A stretch of DNA of 46,470 bases from Bacteroidia bacterium (GCA_047614525.1 JBLHEU010000002.1:1-46470); one strand, 5' to 3'; positions 34,278 to 44,222 are shown, counted from the first letter of the stretch. A program made the numbers and translations. Notes: generated by a model from the letters alone, not told the origin.

Positions 34278-35768
34278 ATGGACAAGTACAGTAAATACAA
34301 AGAATCACTTTCGGAAATCTCTGATATCGCTCACGCCACGGCCCTACTTCATTGGGATTTGGAAACTTACATGCCACAAAAAAGTCATGCGCGTAGAGCG
34401 CAGCAAATTGGCACACTTTCTAAGTTGGCGCACATTAAAATGACCGACCCAGAGTTGAAGAAATTGGTTGATGAATTAGCGGCTAATCTTCCGAATGATG
34501 CAAAGCAAGCTTCGAATATCAAGCACACTTCTCGTGATTTGAAGCGTAAAACGTTGTTCGATTCAAAGTTTGTTGAGGACATGAGCCGAGCAACTAGCGA
34601 AGCATTTTTTCATTGGCAGAAAGCGAAGGAGAATGATGACTTTGCGTTATACGCTCCATTCCTTCAGAAAGTGATTGATTTGAAGAGAAAAGAGGCTGAA
34701 ATCGTTGGCTATGAAGGCCATCCGTATGATGCACTTTGCGATGAGTTTGAGCCTGGTTGTACTGTTGCAGAATTGGATGTTTTGTTTGAAGGTGTGAAGA
34801 AGGATTTGAAGCCTTTGCTAGACGGAATTAAAAGCAAGCCGCAAGTTGAGGCTGGGTTTATGGATCAGTATTTCAATCATGATGAACAATGGGATTTCGG
34901 GATTGAGGTTTTGAAGGATATGGGCTACGATTTTGAGGGCGGAAGACAAGACGTTTCGAGTCATCCTTTTACCATTAATTTTTCGGCAACGGATGTTAGA
35001 GTTACTACACGTGTTTCTGAAGACACCTTCAACGAAATGCTTTGGAGTTGTATCCACGAAGGTGGTCATGCTTTGTACGAGCAGGGTTTGCCTGATAGCG
35101 AATATGGATTGCCTTCTGGCGAAGCTGTTTCATTGGGGATTCACGAAAGTCAAAGTCGATTATGGGAGAATAACGTTGGACGTTCGCTTTCTTTTTGGGA
35201 ATGGAAATTTGCTCGATTAAAGGAGGTTTTCCCAACTCAGTTTGATGGAGTTTCTGCTGAAGATTTCTTCAAAGCAATGAACAAGGTAGAATCAAGTTTG
35301 ATTCGCGTAAACGCGGATGAATTGACGTACCATTTTCATATTCTCATTAGGTATGAAATTGAGAAGGGAATTATGGAGGGTAAACTGAATGCAGTTGATT
35401 TACCTACAGCTTGGAACGCGAAATACAAAGAGTATTTAGGTGTTGATGTTCCGACTGATAGCGAAGGTGTTTTGCAGGACATTCACTGGAGCCACGGTTC
35501 TATCGGATACTTCCCTACCTACTCTATAGGTAGCTTCTACGCGGCACAATTTCATGTTGCGGCAGAAAAAGTGATTGGCACGTTAGACCCAAACAATCCA
35601 AAGCCATATTTGAGGAATCTATTGGCTTGGTTACGTGAAAATGTTCATCAGCACGGGAAAATGTACAGTTCGAAAGAGCTTTGCGAACGCATTAGCGGTG
35701 AACCATTAAATTCGAAATACTTTATGGATTACGCCAAGAAAAAATATGGTGTGATTTACGGGATTTGA
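34278..35768 (+). CDS. M32 family metallocarboxypeptidase (Taq-type)
   Basis: HEGGHALYEQG (HExxH), SSHPFT, IRVNADELTYHFHI and GVLQDIHWSHGSIGYFPTYSIG motifs; 496 aa. Confidence 0.9.
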   Translation: MDKYSKYKESLSEISDIAHATALLHWDLETYMPQKSHARRAQQIGTLSKLAHIKMTDPELKKLVDELAANLPNDAKQASNIKHTSRDLKRKTLFDSKFVEDMSRATSEAFFHWQKAKENDDFALYAPFLQKVIDLKRKEAEIVGYEGHPYDALCDEFEPGCTVAELDVLFEGVKKDLKPLLDGIKSKPQVEAGFMDQYFNHDEQWDFGIEVLKDMGYDFEGGRQDVSSHPFTINFSATDVRVTTRVSEDTFNEMLWSCIHEGGHALYEQGLPDSEYGLPSGEAVSLGIHESQSRLWENNVGRSLSFWEWKFARLKEVFPTQFDGVSAEDFFKAMNKVESSLIRVNADELTYHFHILIRYEIEKGIMEGKLNAVDLPTAWNAKYKEYLGVDVPTDSEGVLQDIHWSHGSIGYFPTYSIGSFYAAQFHVAAEKVIGTLDPNNPKPYLRNLLAWLRENVHQHGKMYSSKELCERISGEPLNSKYFMDYAKKKYGVIYGI

Positions 35769-35959
35769 GATAGACCACTGGCAACGCTGACTAAACGGAT
35801 CAACACAGATTTGATGAACGAAAACAGTTTTCAGGTTGCGTCAGCCTGAGGCGTTTCTGTTGCATTTAAGGTAAACCAACACAAGGAGCCTATGTTTATT
35901 GAACAGACTCCTTTAGCAAGTTCCTATATATCTAATCACTATCCCGGTTAGCACTAACT

Positions 35960-36112
35960 TGATAGAGATTGCCGCAGTCGTTCCTCCTTCGCTATGACGC
36001 GCGTTATGGTTAGTAATTTGCACCCGCGTTAGGGATTGAAGCGGCATCCTTTTGCTTTCGGCAAAAGATAAAGCGGAAAGCCCGACCCGCCAAAAAGCGG
36101 GTAACGCTCTTC
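35960..36112. repeat. GC-rich hairpin modules inside the AT-rich spacer upstream of icmF
   Basis: Seen directly: gagattgccgcagtcgttcctccttcgctatgacgcgcg; ccttttgc-tttc-ggcaaaag hairpin; cccgc-caaaaa-gcggg hairpin. They resemble short degenerate intergenic repeat modules that I recall being common in Bacteroidota genomes. That is unverified memory. Confidence 0.35.
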
Positions 36113-36170
36113 GACTTCTTTAAGTACAGGCCCAAACCTAAATCGTAAATTCGCGGATTAAGATTTGAAG

Positions 36171-39100
36171 ATGAAGGAAGCAGCGCCATACCAGCCAAAA
36201 AACAAAATCAGATTAGTAACCGCAGCCAGTCTATTTGACGGGCACGATGCGGCTATAAATATCATGCGTAGAATTATTCAGGCCACTGGCGTTGAGGTGA
36301 TTCATTTGGGACATGACCGTAGCGTAGAAGAGGTTGTGAATTGTGCCATTCAGGAGGATGTGCAGGCGATTGCGATGACGAGTTATCAGGGAGGGCACAA
36401 CGAGTATTTCAAGTACATGTGTGACCTTTTGAAGGAGAAAGGCGGTGGCCATATAAAGATTTTTGGTGGTGGTGGCGGTACAATTCTTCCTTCTGAAATG
36501 GAAGAGTTACACGCCTACGGTATCACTCGAATTTATGGGCCTGATGATGGCCGCGAGATGGGGTTGCAGGGCATGATTAATAATATGATTGAGCAATGCG
36601 ATTTCCCTACGGGGATGCATTTGAACGGTGAAGCTGGCCGATTAGACCAACGCAACTGGACTGATATTGCGAAGCTTATTTCTGCCGCTGAAAACAACTC
36701 TGAAGGAAGCAAAAAGGACATTGATGCTGTTAAGGCGTTAGCCGAAAAGTCTACCACGCCTGTACTTGGAATTACCGGAACTGGCGGTTCTGGAAAATCA
36801 TCTATGGTTGATGAATTGGTGCGCAGGTTTTTGGTTGATTTTCCAGAGAAAAATATTGCAATTGTATCTGTAGACCCTTCGAAAAGAAGAACGGGCGGAG
36901 CACTTTTGGGTGATAGAATTCGCATGAATGCAATTCGCAGTCCACGTGTTTACATGCGCTCTTTAGCCACGCGACAGAGCAACTTGGCGTTGAGCAAGCA
37001 CGTGCAAGAAGCTGTTGATATTCTAAAAGCTGCGCATTACGATTTGATTATTCTGGAGACTTCTGGAATCGGACAAAGCGATACAGAAATACTTGACCAT
37101 AGTGATGTTTCTCTTTATGTGATGACACCCGAGTTTGGTGCGGCTACACAGTTAGAGAAGATTGATATGCTTGATTTTGCGGATTTAGTTGCCATCAACA
37201 AATTTGACAAGCGTGGTGCTTTAGACGCGGTTAGAGATGTAAAAAAACAATACAGACGCAACCGACAGTTGTGGGAAATGAAGGATGAAGATATTCCTGT
37301 TTATGGGACTATCGCCAGTCAATTTAACGACCCAGGAACCAACTCGCTTTACAAAGCGCTTATGGATGAGGTGGCAGAAAAAACCAAAACTGACCTCCAC
37401 TCTACTTTTGAGATTACGGATGAGATGAGCGAGAAGATTTTCGTGATTCCACCAAACAGAACGCGTTACCTATCTGAGATTTCTGAAAGCAACCGAGGTT
37501 ATGATAAATGGGCTACAGATCAAGCAGAAGTTGCGGACAAACTATATTCCATTCAACGAACTATAGAAACGGTTTCTGAAGATGATTTGAAGAAGGTTCT
37601 TCAAGCTGAGTTCGACAAAGTAAAGTTGGATTTAGACCCTCGGAACTGGCTTATTATTGAAGGTTGGCCAGCACAAGCGCAGCGGTACAAAGACGAGTTC
37701 TACATTTTTAAAGTGCGTGATAAAGAAATTAAGATTAAGACGCATTCTGAATCGTTATCTCACTTACAAATCCCTAAAGTTGCAACCCCGAAATACAGAA
37801 ACTGGGGCGACCTTTTAAGATGGGTTTTACAGGAAAATGTACCTGGTGAATTTCCTTACACGGCTGGTATTTATCCGTTTAAACGAGAAGGCGAAGACCC
37901 TGCAAGAATGTTTGCCGGAGAAGGCGGTCCAGAACGTACCAATAGAAGATTCCATTACGTTTCCATGGGACTTCCTGCCAAGCGATTGAGCACGGCATTC
38001 GATAGCGTTACGCTTTATGGAAGCAATCCAGATCGTAGACCAGACATCTACGGAAAGGTGGGTAACTCAGGTGTTAGTATCTGCTGTTTAGATGATGCTA
38101 AAAAGCTTTATTCTGGGTTTGATTTAACCAACCCGATGACTTCGGTTTCCATGACCATTAATGGTCCTGCGCCTATGTTACTTGGCTTTTTCATGAACGC
38201 GTGCGTTGATCAGGAATGTGAGAAATACGTGATTGAAAACAAGCTTGAAAAAGAAGTTGAAAAAGTCAAAAAAGCAAAGTATGATGACCAAGGAATTGCT
38301 CGTCCAGCATACCAAGGAGAATTGCCGGAAGGCAACAACGGTTTGGGGCTTATGCTACTTGGCGTTACGGGTGATGAAGTGCTTCCTGCAGATGTTTACG
38401 CTAAGATTAAAACAGATGCATTAAGCAAAGTTCGTGGTACTGTTCAGGCTGATATTCTTAAAGAAGACCAAGCACAGAATACGTGCATTTTTAGCACAGA
38501 ATTTGCGCTTAGATTAATGGGCGATGTACAGGAGTATTTCATCGAGAAAAACGTAAGAAACTTCTACTCTGTTTCAATCTCAGGATACCATATTGCAGAA
38601 GCTGGCGCGAACCCGATTTCGCAGCTTGCTTTCACTTTGGCTAATGGATTCACGTTTGTAGAATACTACCTCAGCCGAGGAATGGACATCAACAAGTTTG
38701 GACCAAATTTGAGCTTCTTCTTTAGCAACGGTGTAGACCCAGAATACGCGGTAATTGGTCGTGTGGCACGGAAAATTTGGTCTAAGGCCATGAAGATGAA
38801 ATATGGTGCTGACCCAAGAGCGCAAATGCTCAAGTATCATATTCAAACAAGCGGTAGAAGCTTGCATGCGCAGGAGATTGATTTCAACGATATACGAACT
38901 ACGCTACAGGCACTTTACGCTATTTACGATAACTGTAATTCGTTACACACCAATGCGTATGACGAAGCCATTACTACGCCTACCGAGGAAAGCGTAAGAA
39001 GAGCAATGGCTATTCAGCTTATCATCAATAAAGAGCTTGGTTTGGCTAAGAATGAGAACCCAATTCAGGGAGCTTTCATTATTGAAGAACTGACTGACTT

Positions 39101-39533
39101 AGTTGAAGAAGCTGTGCTTACCGAATTTGACAGATTAACTGAGCGTGGTGGCGTTTTGGGTGCTATGGAAACCATGTACCAACGAAGCAAGATTCAGGAA
39201 GAAAGTCTGTATTACGAAACGTTGAAACACACAGGAGAATTCCCAATTATTGGGGTGAACACTTTCCTAAGTAGTCAAGGCTCTCCAACCATTTTACCTA
39301 AAGAGGTTATCCGGTCTACATCAGAAGAAAAAGAGTATCAGATTGAGATGCTCGGAAACCTCCACAAAGGCAAAGAGGAATTAGCAAATGAAGCTTTAGC
39401 TCGTTTACAGAAAACCGCTGTTCAGAATGAGAACATGTTTGAAGAAATGATGGAAGCCGCCAAGCATTGTTCTCTCGGACAAATTAGCAACGCGCTGTTT
39501 GAAGTTGGAGGGCAGTACCGAAGAAATATGTAA
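36171..39533 (+). CDS. icmF: Fused isobutyryl-CoA mutase (B12-binding domain, MeaB-like GTPase and mutase barrel)
   Basis: N-terminal B12 motif [14 protein letters not shown] (DxHxxG), central P-loop [12 protein letters not shown] with NKFD, and a C-terminal methylmalonyl/isobutyryl-CoA mutase barrel of about 550 aa. The ATG at 36171 is preferred over the TTG at 36165. Confidence 0.9.
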   Translation: MKEAAPYQPKNKIRLVTAASLFDGHDAAINIMRRIIQATGVEVIHLGHDRSVEEVVNCAIQEDVQAIAMTSYQGGHNEYFKYMCDLLKEKGGGHIKIFGGGGGTILPSEMEELHAYGITRIYGPDDGREMGLQGMINNMIEQCDFPTGMHLNGEAGRLDQRNWTDIAKLISAAENNSEGSKKDIDAVKALAEKSTTPVLGITGTGGSGKSSMVDELVRRFLVDFPEKNIAIVSVDPSKRRTGGALLGDRIRMNAIRSPRVYMRSLATRQSNLALSKHVQEAVDILKAAHYDLIILETSGIGQSDTEILDHSDVSLYVMTPEFGAATQLEKIDMLDFADLVAINKFDKRGALDAVRDVKKQYRRNRQLWEMKDEDIPVYGTIASQFNDPGTNSLYKALMDEVAEKTKTDLHSTFEITDEMSEKIFVIPPNRTRYLSEISESNRGYDKWATDQAEVADKLYSIQRTIETVSEDDLKKVLQAEFDKVKLDLDPRNWLIIEGWPAQAQRYKDEFYIFKVRDKEIKIKTHSESLSHLQIPKVATPKYRNWGDLLRWVLQENVPGEFPYTAGIYPFKREGEDPARMFAGEGGPERTNRRFHYVSMGLPAKRLSTAFDSVTLYGSNPDRRPDIYGKVGNSGVSICCLDDAKKLYSGFDLTNPMTSVSMTINGPAPMLLGFFMNACVDQECEKYVIENKLEKEVEKVKKAKYDDQGIARPAYQGELPEGNNGLGLMLLGVTGDEVLPADVYAKIKTDALSKVRGTVQADILKEDQAQNTCIFSTEFALRLMGDVQEYFIEKNVRNFYSVSISGYHIAEAGANPISQLAFTLANGFTFVEYYLSRGMDINKFGPNLSFFFSNGVDPEYAVIGRVARKIWSKAMKMKYGADPRAQMLKYHIQTSGRSLHAQEIDFNDIRTTLQALYAIYDNCNSLHTNAYDEAITTPTEESVRRAMAIQLIINKELGLAKNENPIQGAFIIEELTDLVEEAVLTEFDRLTERGGVLGAMETMYQRSKIQEESLYYETLKHTGEFPIIGVNTFLSSQGSPTILPKEVIRSTSEEKEYQIEMLGNLHKGKEELANEALARLQKTAVQNENMFEEMMEAAKHCSLGQISNALFEVGGQYRRNM

Positions 39534-39545
39534 ATAATCACATCA

Positions 39546-40292
39546 ATGACAAATCACATGAATAAATCACTTTTTTCAATTGTCCTATTCCTTGTATGCA
39601 CTTGTTTCTGCAAAGGTCAAGACACTATCAAATGGCTAGATATGGCCAGTTTTGAATCTGCTATAGAAAAGGAAGACAAGCCCTCCTTTATTTTTATAAA
39701 GGATAGTGAAGATGATATGATGAGAGGCATGGAGGATGATGATAGGTTTAAAGAAATGATGGGCAAGATGTATAGCTTTCTTGAGGATAGTAGTCTGGTT
39801 GCTATGTTGAATGAAAAATTCAACTGCTATCGTTTTGATCCTGCTATGGATAGCGTTATTTACAAGGGAACGACCTATAAAAAGACCGAGCAGCGAGGTC
39901 GAGCCAATCATGAATTTGTTCCTGTTTTAACAGATAGCGATAGAAATAGACTTCCAGCTGTAGTGATTAGGGATAAAAGTTTTAAGCTCTATGAATTCAA
40001 GATGAGGCCTTCGCAACTAGAAGAAATGAAAATATTGTTGGCTGCTGAAGAGCTAAAAGTTAATTACCTAAAGGAAAACCTTGCAGAAGATAGCAGACTA
40101 CTTAGCGAAAACTCTAGAACCTTAGAAAGAGCGCAGAGGCAAGTGAAATCGGAAGAAGCAAACTTGGAAAAATTAGATAAGTCAATTTTTAGTGGTAGGC
40201 AAGATGCTAAGAGTCTAATGAAAAAGCTGAAGTACTTCACGGAGAACGCCTACAACGGTCTTGACTTGCAGACTTTCGAAAAAAACAATTAG
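39546..40292 (+). CDS. Secreted hypothetical protein with a C-terminal coiled-coil
   Basis: Signal-like N-terminus (SLFSIVLFLVCTCFCKGQ), an acidic Met-rich segment, and heptad-like EELKVNYLKENLAEDSRLLSENSRTLERAQRQVKSEEANLEKL. It starts 12 nt after the icmF stop. Confidence 0.6.
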   Translation: MTNHMNKSLFSIVLFLVCTCFCKGQDTIKWLDMASFESAIEKEDKPSFIFIKDSEDDMMRGMEDDDRFKEMMGKMYSFLEDSSLVAMLNEKFNCYRFDPAMDSVIYKGTTYKKTEQRGRANHEFVPVLTDSDRNRLPAVVIRDKSFKLYEFKMRPSQLEEMKILLAAEELKVNYLKENLAEDSRLLSENSRTLERAQRQVKSEEANLEKLDKSIFSGRQDAKSLMKKLKYFTENAYNGLDLQTFEKNN

Positions 40293-40357
40293 ACTTAAGC
40301 TGACAACTGCGTTGAAAGCCTACAAGCAAGAACCACCCGGGCTAAGTTATATGGGGT

Positions 40358-40420
40358 CCCTTCAAATATTTAAAACCGATCGCTTAGCGGTCGGTTTTAA
40401 ATATTTGAAGGGTTTTGTTT
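40358..40420 (+). terminator. Very long rho-independent terminator hairpin
   Basis: cccttcaaatatttaaaaccgatcg-cttag-cggtcggttttaaatatttgaaggg, a stem of about 25 bp with one G-U pair, followed by TTTTGTTTT. Confidence 0.8.
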
Positions 40421-40916
40421 TGAGGCTAATTGAAAAAGGAAGCGAGTGGTTTCATTCAACATGCTCATGGACACATCTGTAGCTGAAGCTCGTATTTGTC
40501 AAGCAAAAAGCAAGCGCAGTAATTGAAAACTGACCTACGCACTCCAAAGTATTTTATACTTTTTCAAAGGTAGGAAGCCAACCGATTAGATGACCTTCGG
40601 TTTTTGTAACTCAAAATCAAAATCCTTTTTCTGCTCGGTCCGACCATTTGTTCAACCAAATGGTATATGATATGGTATCACTGAAAATTGACAAGACTTA
40701 ACTTTTTTAATTGACGCCATGGTGTCGTGCGGTTCCATAGGCATGTCTTAAACCGCAGAACCTTTATCAAGCAAATTTTAAGCGTTATTCAATTATTTTG
40801 TTTTGGACCCAGTTCCCTAGGCAACCATCAAAATAACCTTCCGTTCAGTAAATAATTATTGCTGACCGATCAGAACATTTGCCCAACCATAAGGTTAACT
40901 TCAACTAAACGAGAAT

Positions 40917-43064
40917 ATGAAAACAGCACACTTCCACACTTTTATCTCATTCCTTTTTCTACAAACTTTGGCTATAAACACCGCATTCGCCCAGTGTGTA
41001 GCAGATGACACTGTTTTTGTTGGAAACTACTTCTTTCAAGACACCGATATTATAATACAGGTTGGAGAGTCAGTCGCTTTCTTTAACGTTGGTGGTACGC
41101 ATGATATAGATGGAATAACCAATGCACAAACTGGGGCTCCATATAATAATCCGGAAGAATTCTTATTGCCTGCAGTTGAAGGCTCAATTGATGGAACCTG
41201 TATGGGAGTAGTCACCCTTACCGAGCCAGGCACATACAATTATAACAGCGGTGTTGGTTTTGATGCAGAACTGGGAATGACCGGTACAATTACCGTTGAC
41301 ATTTTTACAATTCCTGAATTACTGACATCACTTTATAGCGAACCCAGTAGCCTAGACATATTTCAAGGGGCATATGCCTTTTCCTTGTTCTGCGGAGACA
41401 CACTCAATCAACCAAATCAGTACACCGTGTTTGTACCTAATAATGCTGCTATTGGTGCAATTGGAGAAGAACTCAACCTTAATCAATCTGACTTTCTTGG
41501 ACTACCTGATTTTACAACCATACTGGAGTATCACATTGCGCAAGGAGCATATTTGGCTGGAGATTTAGTTGATGGAATGCAACTTCCCTCTATAATGGGC
41601 CAAGACTTGGCAATTACTGAAGTTGGTGGGCAATTCTTCGTAGATGATGCACAAATTATAGCTACAAATTATTTAGCCGATAATGGGGTCGTGCATATTA
41701 TTGATGCGGCTCTAGCTCCAGAAGGAGTGCCAGAAGCAACAGTAATGAGTATTATATCGGATAACGAGGAGTTCTCATTATTTGAGGAGGCAGTGCGCAG
41801 TGCCTATTTAGATGATGACCTCATTGGTCAGCCTACCATAAACACCAATGGTGGAGAACCTGGGCCGTTTACTGTGTTTGCCCCAACTAATGCTGCAATG
41901 ATTGAATACGCAGACATTATCGAAATGTCAATTGAAGAGTTGCTAACATCTCAATACATTGAAGATATAGTAAACAATCATATCGTGGAGTCAGAGTTCA
42001 TCTACCAGAGTGGCTCATTCTCCACAGAGCCTTCCTTGGAGAATAATCTAGGAGAATTACTATCAATCACAGTAGACTTAGACTCACTGGTAAACTATGT
42101 TAATGACGTAAATATTGTGAACCTGGATTTATTAGCATTCAACGGGGTTGTGCATGCTATTGATGAGGTATTGCCAGTTGAAATGCCATCTCTTGAAGGA
42201 ACTTGTGGTACATGGACAGCAACGCTTTCAGGTTCAAATGAGAGTTGGAACGGAAGTCAGGCCTACCTCGTTGTGGATGGTGATGTAATAACTGCGGAAA
42301 CCGTTAACGGTGGGTTTTTATCCTCATTTTCATTTCCTGTGGATTTTGGCTCAGTGGTTGACATAGTTTATTTACCAGATGGCAGTAGCAATGGAGAATC
42401 AATTTCTGTTACCGACATATCAGGTCAAGTGATAGCCCAATCTTCTGGAGAGGGGCTCTACGGTTTAGAACCTTGCGAGGGAGAGCCTAACTGCGGTGAG
42501 CTAGAATTAACACTATACGGATTTAATGGTTCGGGTTTTGATGGTGCATACATTGATGTTTTAAAAGACGGAAATTTCTTTACGAGCATTCAGTACTGGT
42601 TCAGTGGAGATCAGCTCACGATGCCTATAGAAATAGATTCAACGGAGTCGATCAGCCTTGTTTATTACCAGCAAGGGTTTGGATCTGATGAGTTCCATGG
42701 TTATGTTCTAAAAGACTCAGAAGGAAATGTAATTATTGACCAAAATGAATCTGGTCAAGTACCTCAGAGTGTTTATGACATTGTTTTATGCGAATACCAA
42801 GACCCATCAGGCATAATAGAAGCAAAGGAGTTAGCTATTTCTGTTTATCCAAACCCTTCTAATGGAACATTTACATTTAGAGGTCAGATTCCGAGTTCGA
42901 AGTGTAACATAATCGTTACCGACAGTCAAGGAAGGGACGTAAGAACAGAGCCTTTAAACCAGCAATCATTCAATCTCGATGACCTTTCAGATGGTCTGTA
43001 TGGTATAGCCTTGCAGACCAATGGCTCTATGATCTGGAGCGGAAGGGTTGTCATTATACATTAG
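40917..43064 (+). CDS. Secreted multidomain protein: cupredoxin-like N-domain, two FAS1 (fasciclin) domains, two Cys-bracketed repeats, T9SS C-terminal sorting domain
   Basis: FAS1 signatures are YTVFVPNNAAIGA...NGVVHIIDAAL and FTVFAPTNAAMIE...NGVVHAIDEVL. The CTD is ISVYPNPSNGTFTF...GLYGIAL...VVIIH. Signal peptide is FLFLQTLAINTAFAQ. Confidence 0.8.
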   Translation: MKTAHFHTFISFLFLQTLAINTAFAQCVADDTVFVGNYFFQDTDIIIQVGESVAFFNVGGTHDIDGITNAQTGAPYNNPEEFLLPAVEGSIDGTCMGVVTLTEPGTYNYNSGVGFDAELGMTGTITVDIFTIPELLTSLYSEPSSLDIFQGAYAFSLFCGDTLNQPNQYTVFVPNNAAIGAIGEELNLNQSDFLGLPDFTTILEYHIAQGAYLAGDLVDGMQLPSIMGQDLAITEVGGQFFVDDAQIIATNYLADNGVVHIIDAALAPEGVPEATVMSIISDNEEFSLFEEAVRSAYLDDDLIGQPTINTNGGEPGPFTVFAPTNAAMIEYADIIEMSIEELLTSQYIEDIVNNHIVESEFIYQSGSFSTEPSLENNLGELLSITVDLDSLVNYVNDVNIVNLDLLAFNGVVHAIDEVLPVEMPSLEGTCGTWTATLSGSNESWNGSQAYLVVDGDVITAETVNGGFLSSFSFPVDFGSVVDIVYLPDGSSNGESISVTDISGQVIAQSSGEGLYGLEPCEGEPNCGELELTLYGFNGSGFDGAYIDVLKDGNFFTSIQYWFSGDQLTMPIEIDSTESISLVYYQQGFGSDEFHGYVLKDSEGNVIIDQNESGQVPQSVYDIVLCEYQDPSGIIEAKELAISVYPNPSNGTFTFRGQIPSSKCNIIVTDSQGRDVRTEPLNQQSFNLDDLSDGLYGIALQTNGSMIWSGRVVIIH

Positions 43065-43339
43065 AAAAGAGCAAATTGATTTAGGTCATTTACAGAATTC
43101 TCCCGAGTTCGGGCACCAATGCCAGCTCGGCATAATCGAACCATTCAATTGCTTTTGGGGCGTTTCCAACGGCCTGTTTTCCACGTAGCTTCCGAACAGG
43201 AATTGTGGTCAATGAATCTGTGTAGCGGTTCGCAGAGTGCTAGAATTTCTTTCTTGTCAAAATCACAATCGGATAGCCCAAGCCAAGAGTCAATCTGTTT
43301 TCCTTTAATCTGACTTCTTTCACTCTTCAATCCGAAGTA

Positions 43340-43669
43340 TTATAGAAAGGTAAAGACTGCTACAGCTACCAGAATATATCCCTGACAGTTAACTTGAAAC
43401 AACTGAAAACCAACAATTGCACTACTTGCTATTACCCAGAGCAAATCTCATGCAATAATCAGTTTAGTCTGAAGAGAATTTGTCTTCATTCGGTTAGCAT
43501 AGTATAGCAAACAGCAGTAGTCCTACCCCTAAATACTAACCTCAAGAAGATTCGTTATTCCCATCAGAGAAGCAGGCCGTTTATTACATAGAATTGGAGT
43601 AATTCCTGAGCTGACAGAGAAAGCCGCATTACTGAGCAAAGGGGTTTCTAGTTTGATTCTAAGGTTCAT
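43340..43669 (-). pseudogene. Decayed small membrane-protein gene immediately downstream of the SRPBCC gene
   Basis: The ATG at 43669 lies 3 nt after the SRPBCC stop and gives MNLRIKLETPLLSNAAFSVSSGITPILCNKRPASLMGITNLLEVSI*. Hydrophobic, TM-like pieces then continue in other frames (GVGLLLFAILC*, DLLWVIASSAIVGFQLFQVNCQGYILVAVAVFTFL*). This pattern suggests frameshift or stop decay. Confidence 0.35.
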
Positions 43670-43672
43670 TAC

Positions 43673-44113
43673 TTAAGCGTTTAAATTTTCTACTCGGTTT
43701 TTTAATGCAGTATTCATTGCTTCGAAGCCTGCTTTGGTTTTCTCTCCAATCAAACTCATTACTAGTGCAACCAATACACCACTGAAGATCTCGCCATGTA
43801 TGAACTCCGTTTCGTTTTCAGATATTGACTTCAATTGGAAATAATGCTCACCATCAAAAAGCCCGGTGACGAAGAGCTTGCCTTTCCACCTGAATTCTTT
43901 GTTCTCATCTCTCACCAGCACCAATGGCTTGAAGGTTTGTACAGCGCTTCCTTCCATCTTAATGTCGTTAGTCAAATACTGACCAACTTCCCCTTTACCA
44001 TCAATCTTAATCACAAACGGATTCCATTCGGGATACGATTGAAAATCGCTAAAAACGTTCCATACATTTTCAACGCTTGCGTTTATTCTAATTCTTGTTT
44101 CTAAACTTTTCAT
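43673..44113 (-). CDS. SRPBCC (START/Bet v1-like) ligand-binding protein
   Basis: 146 aa. IRINASVENVWNVFSDFQSYPEWNPFV...FRWKGKL..GLFDGEHYFQL is the typical polyketide_cyc2/SRPBCC pattern. Confidence 0.8.
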   Translation of the reverse strand: MKSLETRIRINASVENVWNVFSDFQSYPEWNPFVIKIDGKGEVGQYLTNDIKMEGSAVQTFKPLVLVRDENKEFRWKGKLFVTGLFDGEHYFQLKSISENETEFIHGEIFSGVLVALVMSLIGEKTKAGFEAMNTALKNRVENLNA

Positions 44114-44210
44114 AATCTGTTGTTTTGTTTAACAGAAGCAAATTTGGGGATTACTTGAATCCCACGTTGGACAATTGACGCCTAAGAATTGACATTTCGT
44201 GCCAACCTAT

Positions 44211-44218
44211 TACTTTTG
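44211..44218 (+). promoter_or_regulatory. -7 box TACTTTTG with a TTG 19 nt upstream (44189..44191), for the AraC gene
   Basis: TTG-N19-TAnnTTTG geometry. Only 4 nt separate the G from the ATG at 44223. Confidence 0.5.
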
Positions 44219-44222
44219 ATTC

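Noticed and set aside
35769-36170. Possible cobalamin riboswitch ahead of the B12-dependent icmF (a CCACTGG string at 35776..35782 recalls the B12 box)
   Set aside because: Only that short string matches, and I could not trace the rest of the conserved B12-riboswitch core. Riboswitch control is typical of B12 uptake, biosynthesis or B12-independent isozymes, not of B12-dependent enzymes. It also sits about 390 nt from the start codon.
36010-36198. 62-aa minus-strand ORF upstream of icmF
   Set aside because: It reads through the GC-rich hairpin modules and overlaps the icmF start. Its composition (…FLAGRAFRFIFCRKQKDAASIPNAGAN) is what such repeats give when translated.
43119-43330. Overlapping 64-aa (+) and 61-aa (-, TTG start) ORFs
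   Set aside because: They overlap each other, have no motifs, and lie in a region that looks like decayed sequence. Neither is reported as a gene.
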